Source: Spirogloea muscicola
Lineage: Eukaryota
NCBI GenBank assembly: GCA_009602725.1
Contig: WELB01000031.1
Span: 522,244-555,259 of the forward strand
Direction: 5' to 3'
DNA: 33,016 nt
The notes beneath the pieces were generated by a model. It was not told where the DNA came from, ran no database searches, and worked only from the letters and a program-made list of their open reading frames with translations. Numbering within the stretch: position 1 is the stretch's first letter; each line of letters begins with the position of its first letter. This document shows positions 10,901 through 21,474 of the stretch, piece by piece. Made by a program: the position numbers and the translations under genes.

Positions 10901-13900
10901 CTGGTATGTCATCAGCACGGACACTGACATGTACTGTCTGGACAAGAAGTGTTTACCTTTACAACTGTTGAGTTCGTTAGTTACAGCAGTCTCATAAGCA
11001 GAGCTGTGAAGATGTCAATGGAAGTTGTCAGTTCGGAGCTTTCCCTTGATGCCTCATCAACCTAGTATGGTGCTGCTAAATCATTTTCACAAGCTTATAT
11101 AAAAGTCTCATGTTTGTCATTTTCGCAACCAGCTTAAGCCAACCAGCTTAAGCCAGAGCCTGTGCTGCAGATCTCAGCGACATGGGGCTGGAGATGGAAG
11201 TCCCAGCAAGCTTGGATCTTCCGATGCAAGACATGGACATGCAGGGCAGCTATGCGGTCCGTCCTCTTTTTCATTCCGAGCTTGCCTGATCAGTCCTTGT
11301 TGATTGACTTCACCTGGCCATGAAGAGTGGTCAGCTGACCAATTTGTTCTTTGGGTTGAGACCGCAGAACCCACCAACAGCACCTGGATCTACTAACCCC
11401 TCAAGGACCACGTCTCCAACAGCATCAGCTACAAGTACACCTCGCCTTTCCAAGTTGCGAGTTCCTGCGACTCAAGATGGGCTGTCTGGTATACCAAGGA
11501 GCCCCCGGGTGGTCAACTCCGCTTTTGGAGGTGGACCAGCTACGCCCAGAGGGGAGAGTTTCAGCGTTGGCAAGCCACCCTCCCCAGCACCGAGTGTCAG
11601 CAACATGGCAGCCATAGCAGCAGCAGCGCTGACATCCATCACTGCAAGCACGAACAGTGCAACCTCAACTGGCAATGTGAGTGGCCTCCAAATGTCAAAT
11701 CTAGACTTGACTCTGACCTTTGGCACCAGCTGAGCACCTCATGCAATAAGACCTGGGCTTAAGGTGCTCTTACTCCATGGTTTTACATGTTTGCAAGTGG
11801 CAAAAGTCACAAGCAACGCCTCTCTGACCATGTGTAGCAGTAATCAGACTAGAAGCCGGGCTGCTGCGGACTAGAAGCTGGCAAAGGGGTTGCCGTTGGA
11901 GGCAAGTGGCTGACCCCAGCTTGCCAGTGCTTGCATACAGCTGTCTGCCCCAAACAGCTTCAAGAAGAAGGTTGGCTCAGATAGCAACTTGAACAAGACC
12001 AACATGGATAAACTGCTCAATCCTTCCCACAAGGATCGACCAGACGTTGCGCCCTATCGCGTAGTACTTGGTCACGTTCGGCAGAAGGTCAGTGCATAAG
12101 AACCTCTCAATGATAGACAGGTCATGTGCAAGTTCGCTACAAGGGTTTGAACAACGATGGATACTAGCTACACTCCAGCATTCATCTCGTACCATGTAAC
12201 TATATCTGCACAATCTGATACACATACTTCAAGTCTCCTCCCCTTCTCTTTGGTGGCTGCTGTGTGGGCTCTCAAGCATAAAACAAACCCTGGTCGAATT
12301 GCAGTTGGTAAATACGAGGAGGAGGATGGAGGAGTTGTTGGAGGGAGTCAGTCAAGGCGAGTACGATGAGGATGAGTACTATCAGCGGCCGGAGCAGCTG
12401 ATGGAGATCTTGGAGCTCTGCTATAGATCGCTGGTACTATATCTCCAGATGCAGAACCCAATGGATTCTTGTTCTTACAAGATCCATTAAGTAGAATAGA
12501 CTTGCAGATGGCTGTACTTAGTTCGTCTCTGATAGCGCAAGCATCTCTCTATACTGGAGTGGAAGCACTTCGGACTTACAAGTTTTGCTTCCATGTAGAT
12601 GTGTTATGTAGAGCATGCACAAGGGTCTTGCTGTACATAAGCATAAACGCATATCTATGTGCATGTGTTTCTGCAGCTTCCATCACAGTTTAGCGATTGC
12701 ATGATTGAGCCTCTTTTCTGTCACATTCAGGTCTCATGTGGATCGGGTATCCTGGCAGACGGCCGACTGACTGACTTGATACGACGCCTTGCAACTTTTG
12801 GCCTCTCCCTCATGAAGCTCGACCTTCGACAGGTGCGCTATTTGATTCCAGTATCATTGACCAGGCAGCAATACAGGAAGAGGTCATCATTCAGTTTGCA
12901 TGCTGCATATCTCTCTATTCCCCCTGATCCACCGCCACCACCACTCCTGGTACTCGTGGACCTATAAGCTGGTGACATTATTGCTGAGAATTCGATGCCA
13001 AGCTCTTTACAGACTCTTATGGGGCTTTTGTTTCCATTTGATTGTTAAGTGCAGGAGTCAGAAAGGCATACGGAGGCTCTTGATACGTTGACTGAGTATG
13101 TGGGCTTGGGAGCTTATAGCAGTTGGACTGAGGATACGAAGTTGGAATTCTTGGTACGGGAGCTCAGAGGCAAGAGGCCATTGATGCCACCCTCCATTGA
13201 TGTCTCACCGGCTGTCAGGGAGGTGCTGGACACCTTCCGCGTTGCGGCAGAGCTCGGAACGAACTCCCTCGCTGCCTACGTAATTTCAATGGCTTCCGAG
13301 GTGCACTATCTCAATACTTTCTTACTACCCACATGCGACCCCAATCTGTATAGTGTCGTCCTTTAGATTGCTTGTTGGCCACAGGCGGAGCTAACAGTGT
13401 GTTCAGCCTGATGCAGGCTAGTGATGTTCTGGCAGTTGAGCTCCTTCAGAAAGAGGCGAGGCTTCTTGTTAGAGGTGAAACAGGAAAAGAGGGACCGACA
13501 CTCAGGGTGGTGCCGCTCTTTGAAACAGTCAAGGACCTTAAGGGCGCAGGGGATGTTCTTAGAAAGCTCCTGAAAATCGAGTGGTACAGACAGCACGTGA
13601 TGGACAACCACTCAGGCCACCAGGAGGTGCATAGAATTTGCCAAGCAAGCCCTGGACTCTTGTGTTGAACTGAATAGTTGTTCCAGTTGATACATGGCAC
13701 CGGTCGTCTCTGGGCATCTGCATGTTTCTTGCACGAAGATGCTCATGTGCCTGTTATTGCTGCTATGCTTGACTGTGAAGCACTGGCTGTCTCACAGGTC
13801 ATGCTAGGATACTCAGACTCTGGCAAGGATGCAGGCAGGTTCACAGCAGCCTGGGAGTTGTACAAAGCGCAGGAAGACATTGTGAGTGCTTGTACGGAGT

Positions 13901-15942
13901 TCGGTGTCAAAGTCACACTGTTCCATGGCAGGGGTGGCAGTGTGGGCCGAGGTGGAGGACCAACGTACTTGGCGATCCAGAGCCAGCCCCCGGGCAGTGT
14001 GCAGGGATCACTGCGTGTCACTGAGCAGGGCGAGATGGTGCAAGCCAAATTTGGGTTGCCACAGGTACAAGTGTCTTCATAGGCTTGATGCATACTCCCA
14101 GCAGTGTGATCGTAATTTCAAAGGGCATCCGCAAGCTGCACTCTGTCAGAATGATCAAGTCTTAAAGTGGCAGGTCAATGTGTGCAAGGATCTGGTGCAG
14201 ATAACAGTATCCAAGTCACCGTGTAAGCTTGCAAAATTCGTGGACACATCGTGCAAGCTTGCAGAAACAGTAGCCTGGAAGTAAATGGGTGTGGAGCACT
14301 TGGGGTTTCCCGACACCAGTGTCGGTGGGACTAAGTGCTTGTCTGCACTCCTTTCACAGGTCGCAGTCAGGCAGCTTGAGATATACACGACAGCTGTGCT
14401 GTTGGCCACTCTCCATCCTCCTGTGCCGCCCCGCTCACTTGATTGGAGATCGATCATGGAAGAAATATCAACATCCTCATGCTCTCACTACCGCGACATA
14501 GTCTTCAACTCTGAACAATTTCTCCAGGTATGGAAACTATGTGACATGGTTGGCTAACCCCAGTGACTCTCTCCAGATTTTAGCCGCTCATTGTGCTGGA
14601 GATGACGACAACATCCGTCTCTCGCATCTCCTTCTAGGCCACACCATATGATGTTCAGCTGACTTAGGCCTCAGCTTGTCGCTTGATCCCTCACCTATTG
14701 CTGCAGTACTTCCATGAAGCAACCCCTGAAGCTGAGCTTGGTCATTTGAACATCGGAAGTCGTCCTACTCGGCGCAAGAAGAGTGGTGGTGTCAGGGAGC
14801 TCCGTGCCATACCGTGGATCTTTGCCTGGACACAGACCAGGTGACAAATTGACTTATGTAGACATGTGAATGCTCCTTCAATGGCCAAGTTTCAGCTCTT
14901 GGTCAGCCTAGCTCGTAGTGTCAGTTGCACAGCCTATTCCAAGTCGAGGACACATTAAGCTGGACAAAACCTTGAGTCCTAAAGTCTCCGGTTGGCCATG
15001 CTCTATCGATCTCAGGTTTGTCTTGCCCGCTTGGCTCGGAGTTGGCATGGGTCTCGCAACAGCATTTGAGAAGGGCCACAAGTCAGAGCTTCAGGCAATG
15101 TACAAGGAGTGGCCGTTTTTCCAGTCGACCATTGACCTTATTGAGATGATTTTGGCTAAGAGTGACATACCCATCGCAAAGCATTATGACGATGTTCTGG
15201 TTGCACCAGAAAGGCAGCACCTGGGCGTGCAGCTTCGAGAAGCTTTTCAGACCACTGTGGTCACCGTCCTTGAGGTATTAGTCCAATCCACATGTTGCTA
15301 GTGGACCCTCCAATATCCAACCTCAAACCTCCACCTCCTCCTGATCCTGCACATGGAGCCTTCACATAGAGGTCGATTTCTTTGATGCTAAGCTGTACGG
15401 CGTGACTATTTAAATGATCGCTTCTCTGCTGCAACATGCAACTTCTCTCAGGACGTGATAGATAGGCAGGCATATGAGCTACTCACAGATCGATTTCTTC
15501 GTCCTTGCAGGTCAGTGGGCACCATAGACTGTCAGAGAACAACAAAACACTGCGTCGTTTGATTGAAAGTCGGCTTCCTTACCTGAATCCGATCAATATG
15601 CTCCAGGTATTTCTGCCTATGTTCTTGCACTATCACGTCTCTTAACGATGAGAAGTGGCTGCTTTGTTGCTGTGAGGTTGTTGGCCACAGAAGGTATCCA
15701 AGCATAGCAGACTTAATTGGGGTCATAGACATTCCTTCTGTACCTTGATATGAATCCCTTCGCAAGCACAAGAGTGTAACAGAGAATTAGGAGCATGACA
15801 AGTTCTAAATATTGCTACATTTTTGTACTGGCAGGTTGAGATTCTAAGGCGTTTGCGAGAAGAGAACAACAATCCTCGGTTGCGGGATGCTCTCCTCATC
15901 ACAATCAATGGCATTGCTGCCGGGATGCGTAATACTGGATGA
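7917..15942 (+). CDS. PPC4: Bacterial-type phosphoenolpyruvate carboxylase (BTPC, PPC4-like), ~1126 aa, 23 exons
   Basis: Exons: 7917-8072, 8247-8410, 8718-8832, 9092-9169, 9295-9363, 9583-9661, 9934-10010, 10213-10308, 10425-10566, 10760-10903, 11171-11256, 11368-11676, 11941-12087, 12305-12433, 12731-12832, 13055-13300, 13417-13626, 13798-14064, 14360-14527, 14707-14840, 15016-15274, 15511-15606, 15835-15942 (3381 nt, in frame). N-terminus [15 protein letters not shown] (BTPC signature), [59 protein letters not shown], and C-terminal RNTG (plant-type PEPC ends QNTG). Confidence 0.97.
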
Positions 15943-16749
15943 TTGTCTGGTGAGGACAGGTGTACACAAGCCCAAAAGCTTGTGAAGACGAAACTGTCAA
16001 CAGGTTCATGTGTTGTTATGGTCATAATTCTCATGCCTTGCACAAGGCAGGATTGCGTGCAACCCCGCATTTACTGCTGTTGTCTTGGCATCTACTGGAG
16101 ACTTTTTGGTGAACGTGGACAAGTTCCTGCTACCCCTATTTACCTTCCTTCTTCACATACGTGTGATCCCACTTTTTGACCTTTCCAAGGGCATGTAGGA
16201 ATTCTGTGAGAGGACCTTGAGTGGAATGATGAGAACCTCAAGAGTAACATGATTGGCCCCTTGTGTAGCCTTATCAGTTGAGAGCCTACACCCCTTCAAC
16301 AAGCCCGCTCATGACATCAGCACTAATTGCTGGTTGATATGCAATGGTGGACTTTCCCACTTAGCCACCATTTTTGGACAGCTGTCCATGGCTACTGCCC
16401 TTGGGAAGAACTTGCTGGCTTGCTCCGCCGTAAAAATTATTCGGAGTCATATGTAGTCAAATGCCAACCATTGGACTTGCGGGTAGCAGGGAATGGAGGT
16501 GCATGTAAGATATTCTGAGAAGTGGAAGTAACATGCTGCTGGAGCACAGTGGCAGATTGTGGCCCCGGTATTACTGTGACAAACAGATGCACACAACCCA
16601 TTTTCAAGCAAAGGAGAGCTCATCACATACTTGTGAAGTTTGCCTGTGGGCCATGAATACTGATACTTTCACATATCGGGGCAAAACTGCAAGGACAATG
16701 AATCGAACTTGTTGTGCAGTCATAAGATGCAGAACGTACAGCATTTGCT

Positions 16750-18060
16750 ACCAGAAGGTCGTGTGAAAAAGCCAGCCCACAAAAGGAGAAACAAACAAGG
16801 TCCACGGGAGTCAGGAAGGGCAAGGGGTAGGACCAGCCCACAAAAGACGAAAGCGTCCTCAAAAGGGGGCGATGGCTGTGTAAGGAGGAGTAGCTCTCAC
16901 AAAGGGGAAAGACTCTTGCAGTGGATGGCGATGGCTGTGATTGGCCAGCCCGGGAAAAGAATGAACAGAATTTCTAAGGGCCCAGACAAGCACGCAGCAA
17001 CTCAAGTGGTCACTGGTTGCTCAACATCCACTGTAAGGCAGCCGCAGGTCAGAGAGACTAGTCTCGCGGTAGCGGGTCCCCTATCTATAGCCAGAGGCTG
17101 CAGCCGAAGAAGAAGGATGCTTCCAGGGGAGGCCAAAGCGCGACCAGCACGCAGTTGCAGCGTGTGTGCCATTAACTGCTGCTGTGATATTGACAGGCGC
17201 ATGCGATACTGTGCAGCCCAAAACGAATGAACAATGTCTAAAAGGGCCGAGAAGGCGCAAATACACGAAGTTACTCTCTGTGACTTCTGCGGATGGACAA
17301 CACCAGACAAAGGAATGTGGTCTTGGAAATGAAACTGCTCTTCCAATGTAAGGCCATGGCTGTGAGAGGCCAGCCCCAAAGACAGTAAGCTCTTCCAAGG
17401 AGAATTCGTGTATTTGAAAGAAGGGGGCGAGGGCTATGAAGCCAGCCCGAAAGAATGGCCAAGGTCCGAGCGAGAAAGTGCTATAGTAAAGTACCACGAA
17501 GGATGGTCACTTAGCATCTCCTTGTAAGCAGCCGCAAGAAGGGAGAATATCAAGTTCTTCTTAAGGGGGCGAGGGCTCTGTAAAGCCAGCCCAGTAGAAG
17601 TTGAGAAGGTCCAAATGGCCGAGAGAAGCTAATACCACACAGCGATGCAAGTGACTACAGCGAAAGGGAGCTTGGTGACCAGGAGTCAGCAACCGCAAGT
17701 CGGAGTAATTTGCAACTGGAAAAAGAAACAGCTCTTTTTTAATGTCAGTCAGTGACTGTGAGGAAGTGAGCTCTGCCAGAAGCAAATTCGTGTATTTGAA
17801 AGAAGGAGGCGAGGGCTGTGAAGAGCCAGCCCGAGGAGATGTGACAAGGTGAGAGGCCAGCCCAGAAGAGTAATCAAGAAGAAAGAACACTGAGGAGAGA
17901 GACCCTTCTTGTCACCTTAGCGCCTCCCCTGGCCCCCTTCTCGTACTTTGTTCATTTCTTTTTGGGCTGGCTTTTCCAGCCCCTATCCTCAATGGGCGAG
18001 CCCTTTCTCTTTCGAGAGGAGGGGTGATAGCTTCAGCTGTGATTGGCCAGCTCAGAGACG
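16750..18060 (+). repeat. Large block of diverged units of the hairpin-core repeat family (possible non-autonomous transposon relic), with one inverted unit at ~17915-18010
   Basis: Cores (G)GGCT..CAGCCC at ~16933-16951, 17358-17376, 17431-17448, 17573-17592, 17813-17832; half cores at 16771 and 17855; inverted core at 17964-17982. ~17385-17450 is repeated at ~17765-17835 (aattcgtgtatttgaaagaagg..gcgagggct..gaa..gccagcccga). No credible protein ORF. Confidence 0.8.
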
Positions 18061-18407
18061 AGACTGCACAAAAAGGTGAACAAGGTGAACAAGGTCAGGC
18101 AGCGAGCAGCCTGTGCCGTTTGGCTGCTGCCGTTAGGAAACACGGCGGGCGGCGCTCGTCGTCGCGTCATCTGCTCGTTTCCGCCCGGGCCTCCGGCCGA
18201 CGTGGCCGCCCGCCGCCCGGCGCCTAGCTGGCGCCACGTGCGCATGCCACGCGGCGGGCGCCGGCGGGCCTGCATGCCGGGCAGGGCGAGGGAAGCGCGG
18301 CCCCGGCTGCCCGGCCCGGGCCGGCTCCACCCCGTCGCCGGGCCGGGCAGACAGAAAACATTCTAATATCTGCCCGGGCGGGTCTCGCCACCTGGCGCCT
18401 GCCCTCC

Positions 18408-18516
18408 GGGAGGGGGTGGAGGGAGGGTGGAGGGAGGGAGGAGGGAGGGAGAGGAGGGAGGGAGGAGGGAGGGAGGGGAGGGAGGAGGGAGGGAGAGGAG
18501 GGAGGGAGGAGGAGGG
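18408..18516 (+). repeat. Polypurine (GGA/GGGA) low-complexity tract upstream of the DUF3339 gene
   Basis: ~105 nt made almost entirely of G and A with many GGG runs; followed by (GCC)n at ~18560-18624 running up to the ATG. Confidence 0.9.
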
Positions 18517-18559
18517 CTGGAAATGTGCAAATATCATTGCTCACTTTGCCCATCCTCCT

Positions 18560-18594
<35 letters not shown>

Positions 18595-18624
18595 GCCGCT
18601 GTTGTTGCCGCCGCCGTTGCCGCC

Positions 18625-18992
18625 ATGGTGGACTGGGCGCTGCTCCTCGTCGCCGCCGTGCTCTTCATCGTGCTCTCCCCGGGCCTCCTGCTCCAGGTCG
18701 GCCGCCGCCGCCGCCGCCGCCGCCGCCGCTGCTCCGGCGCGGTGCGATTTGGTCGGCAGGTCCCGGCGTGCTGCGCCGACTGGCCTGGTGTGTGGCTGAC
18801 ATGGTGCCTTGCATCCGTTGTGGACCATCGCAGATTCCGGGCGACGACCGGCCCGTGGAGTTCCAGAACATGCGGACGTCCGTGGCGTCCATCCTGGTGC
18901 ACGCGGTCGTCTTCGTGCTGCTGCTGCTGGCGCTGCAGCAGTTCACAGGGATCGGCACATGCGACCATCACCACCATCCAAAGCATCTCTGA
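18625..18992 (+). CDS. DUF3339-family small membrane protein, 76 aa, 2 exons
   Basis: Exons 18625-18696 and 18834-18992 (GT-AG, phase 0) give MVDWALLLVAAVLFIVLSPGLLLQIPGDDRPVEFQNMRTSVASILVHAVVFVLLLLALQQFTGIGTCDHHHHPKHL. The M.DW...LF..LSPGLL.Q.P....VEF.NM.TS..SILVHA pattern is the DUF3339 hallmark. Good GCCATGG start context. Confidence 0.9.
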
Positions 18993-20206
18993 GCAGAGGT
19001 TATGTTCTTGCCTCCAATTATCAGTAGTACGAATTTTATTGACTAGAGCTCTGATTGCGTCAAGCTTTATAAGCTGGCGAGTTGCCATACCACTCTGTGA
19101 CTCCTCTGGCAAGACTCTGTGGAGCAACATTGCGGCTGTCTCTGGCAGGACTGCAACACTTGATGACAGCGTCTCCCTCCTGCTGCATGAAAGTCAAGCA
19201 GCCATTAGAATGCGCCTCCGGTTTCCAACGTCTAGTGAGCCAGGTATCACGTGTGCATTCATTGCTGCTCTGACACTTCAGATCCTGCTCTGACTTTTGC
19301 AGGAGAAGCAAGAAGCTAAGGAAGTTGATGCTCAAGCAGGCTACAGCTGGTTGTCAAGTCAGCCTGCTGCGTAGATTTGTACAGTAATTTTGGGGATTCC
19401 CAGCTGCTGGTCCTGCTTGCTCATGGCCGCACAGCTTGCTCAGCTTGAGGCTTGGGGCATTTATGCGGCATAAACCGTGCCGCTGACGCTCTGGTCAGAC
19501 CCTGATATAGACCATAGACTTCTCAATTGCAGTTGTGGTGATTTTCTACTTGCAGTAATCTCCATGAGATGTTGTATAAGATGGCAGGCATGTACTGCGC
19601 AGGTGGCACTGGTTGGCATGGTAGCTAGCAAGTTGTGGCACTTATTGACTCTGAGTATAGAGCTAGTCAAGCCCTTCTTCTGTCGATAATTGTCAAGCTC
19701 TTCAATCTGGTTTTAGTATGCTTTACTGGGCAGTGCTGTGGCAATGTCATGATCCTCTTCTGTATGAACTTACAAACGCAATCCGGAACTTACAAACGCA
19801 AACCGGAAAGATGCACAGTGATGCCACAGGATGGCCATGCTCTCAGTGAAATGTTTTGCTTCGGGTCGGACTCAAATTGGTGAGGAACCACTACTTGCAC
19901 TCTCTTCTTACTTGCCTAACATAAGTTTGCACGAGACTAATATGGGTCACATTGCCAAAAAATTTGCAATACTGTGAGATGTGGGCCACTGATTCTGGGA
20001 GAGGGAGAGATGTGGGGCACATCGTCGGATGGATTAATGTGAGACCTTGATGAAATAATGAACAGCTTGCCACAATTATCTTCACATATTGAAGGCCAAC
20101 ATGCCTACCTTCCCTAACAGCTAAACTATGAGCTTTTGTGACACTGCTGGTACGCGCCAGTTAAATTGCCTAAGATGTGAAGTGCTGTATAGCTACATAC
20201 AGCTAG

Positions 20207-21474
20207 TCAGGCTGATGCTAGGGGTGCAGTACCCACACTTAATTGACACATTGTTTGCTTCTTGACTCGTGCAGCATTTACCTCCAGATCGCCAAACACA
20301 TTCCGCACCTGATTGCGCATAATGCCAACTGCATATTGTGCTGCATGGATGCCACACAATGACCACCAATGGATCAGGGAGCCAGACCCATCAGAGGTGA
20401 TATAATATACCAGAGCTGGTGACATTGCCTAATCACGCCAAGGGCAAGTGGTCATCACAGTTAAGTGGTTGCCATCATCAGGGTATAATTGCCTAGCACT
20501 GGCCATAGTGTGTGGAAAAGGGTCGTTCGAAAAACCTAGTGGGCCAGGAGGGACGAAGGAGGGGCGCAATTCCTGCTCCAGCACGACATGGGAGCCCTCC
20601 GCGCCGCCGCCGAGCGCTAGTGCGTCCACTGCCCAGAGGCCGTTGAAGGACCGGAACAGCCCCGGCTCGGCGCTGGTCGCGGCGGCGCCACTGGGCTGTG
20701 AGCGGCCTGCCGTTGCTGCGAGAGCAGCATGACGACCTTGCAAGCCTGCTGCCTAATGGCCGGGGAAGGGGTGGGGGGGAGGAGAAGCTCACAGGGAGAA
20801 GAGGAGCGTGCGGCTGCGCGCATCCTCCCACACGTTCATCTTGATGGAGTAGACGCCGGAGAAGACAAGGAAGCGCCACGTAGCGCGCTGCGAGACCACG
20901 TAGCGGCCGACCCCAGTGCGCTCCACCGACGCGCCGGCGACCGAGCGGAAGACGCGGGCAGCGCCCTCAAAGTCAGCCAGCAGGCCGAACGTCACATCGG
21001 GGTCCACGCGCATCTTCATGTCGGCGCGCACCCGGAAGACCTTGCCCTGCGCTGCCACCGCCGCGGCCGCCGCAGGCTTTGCTGCTGCGTCAGCCGTTGG
21101 GCTGCCGGCAGCGGCAGCATGCCTTTTGGGTCCGAACCCAGTCTGCACTGCCCTCGGCTGTGCGGCCAGGGACACGGCGGCGCAGTGGCGGCGGCGGGCA
21201 CACCTCGGTGAGGATGGCGATGCGCGGCGGCTCCAGGAGGGTGCTGTTGCGCCTGGGAGGCGAGGCGGCCCTGGACGCCGACAGGACCCCACCACAGCCC
21301 GGCGCTCGGCTTGAGTGGCGGGGAGATGGGCAGGCGCCCGAGAAGAGGCGAGAGAGGAGGAGGGAGGAGGGGAGGGAGGAGAGGAGGGGAGGTGGGTGTG
21401 GGGGAACCTGCTGCCCCGGCGGCCCAGCGCCGGCAGCGGCGGCGGCGGNAGGGCTCCAAGAAGCCAGTGGCCAT
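20207..21474 (-). CDS. DUF220-like / SRPBCC (START-fold, polyketide cyclase-like) protein with probable organellar transit peptide, ~280 aa, 4 exons
   Basis: Exons 21474-21408 (contains n at 21449), 21309-20793, 20672-20536, 20328-20207; phases consistent if n is one base. Domain: DPDVTFGLLADFEGAARVFRSV...VVSQRATWRFLVFSG...LLFSLAEPGLFRSFNGLWAV...SHVVLEQELRPSFVPPGPL...VFGDLEVNAARVK. The N-terminal ~100 aa are Arg/Ala/Ser/Pro-rich. The 3' end could instead splice at the GT after 20282. Confidence 0.72.

Noticed and set aside
7917..15942. Recent horizontal transfer of a bacterial PEPC
   Set aside because: 'Bacterial-type' PEPC is a standard green-plant gene, and this copy has 22 spliceosomal introns and the plant BTPC N-terminus.
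16709..17497. 173-, 138- and 125-aa ORFs as a transposase
   Set aside because: No DDE, HUH, RT or recombinase motifs; they lie within non-coding repeat units.
16750..18060. CRISPR-like array (palindromic repeats with variable spacers)
   Set aside because: Repeats are degenerate, spacing is irregular, spacers are partly homologous to each other, no cas-like ORFs are present, and the context is eukaryotic.
18427..19293. 288-aa ORF and overlapping GC-rich ORFs
   Set aside because: Only 18625-18696 is DUF3339 exon 1; the remainder is low-complexity UTR, intron or off-frame sequence.
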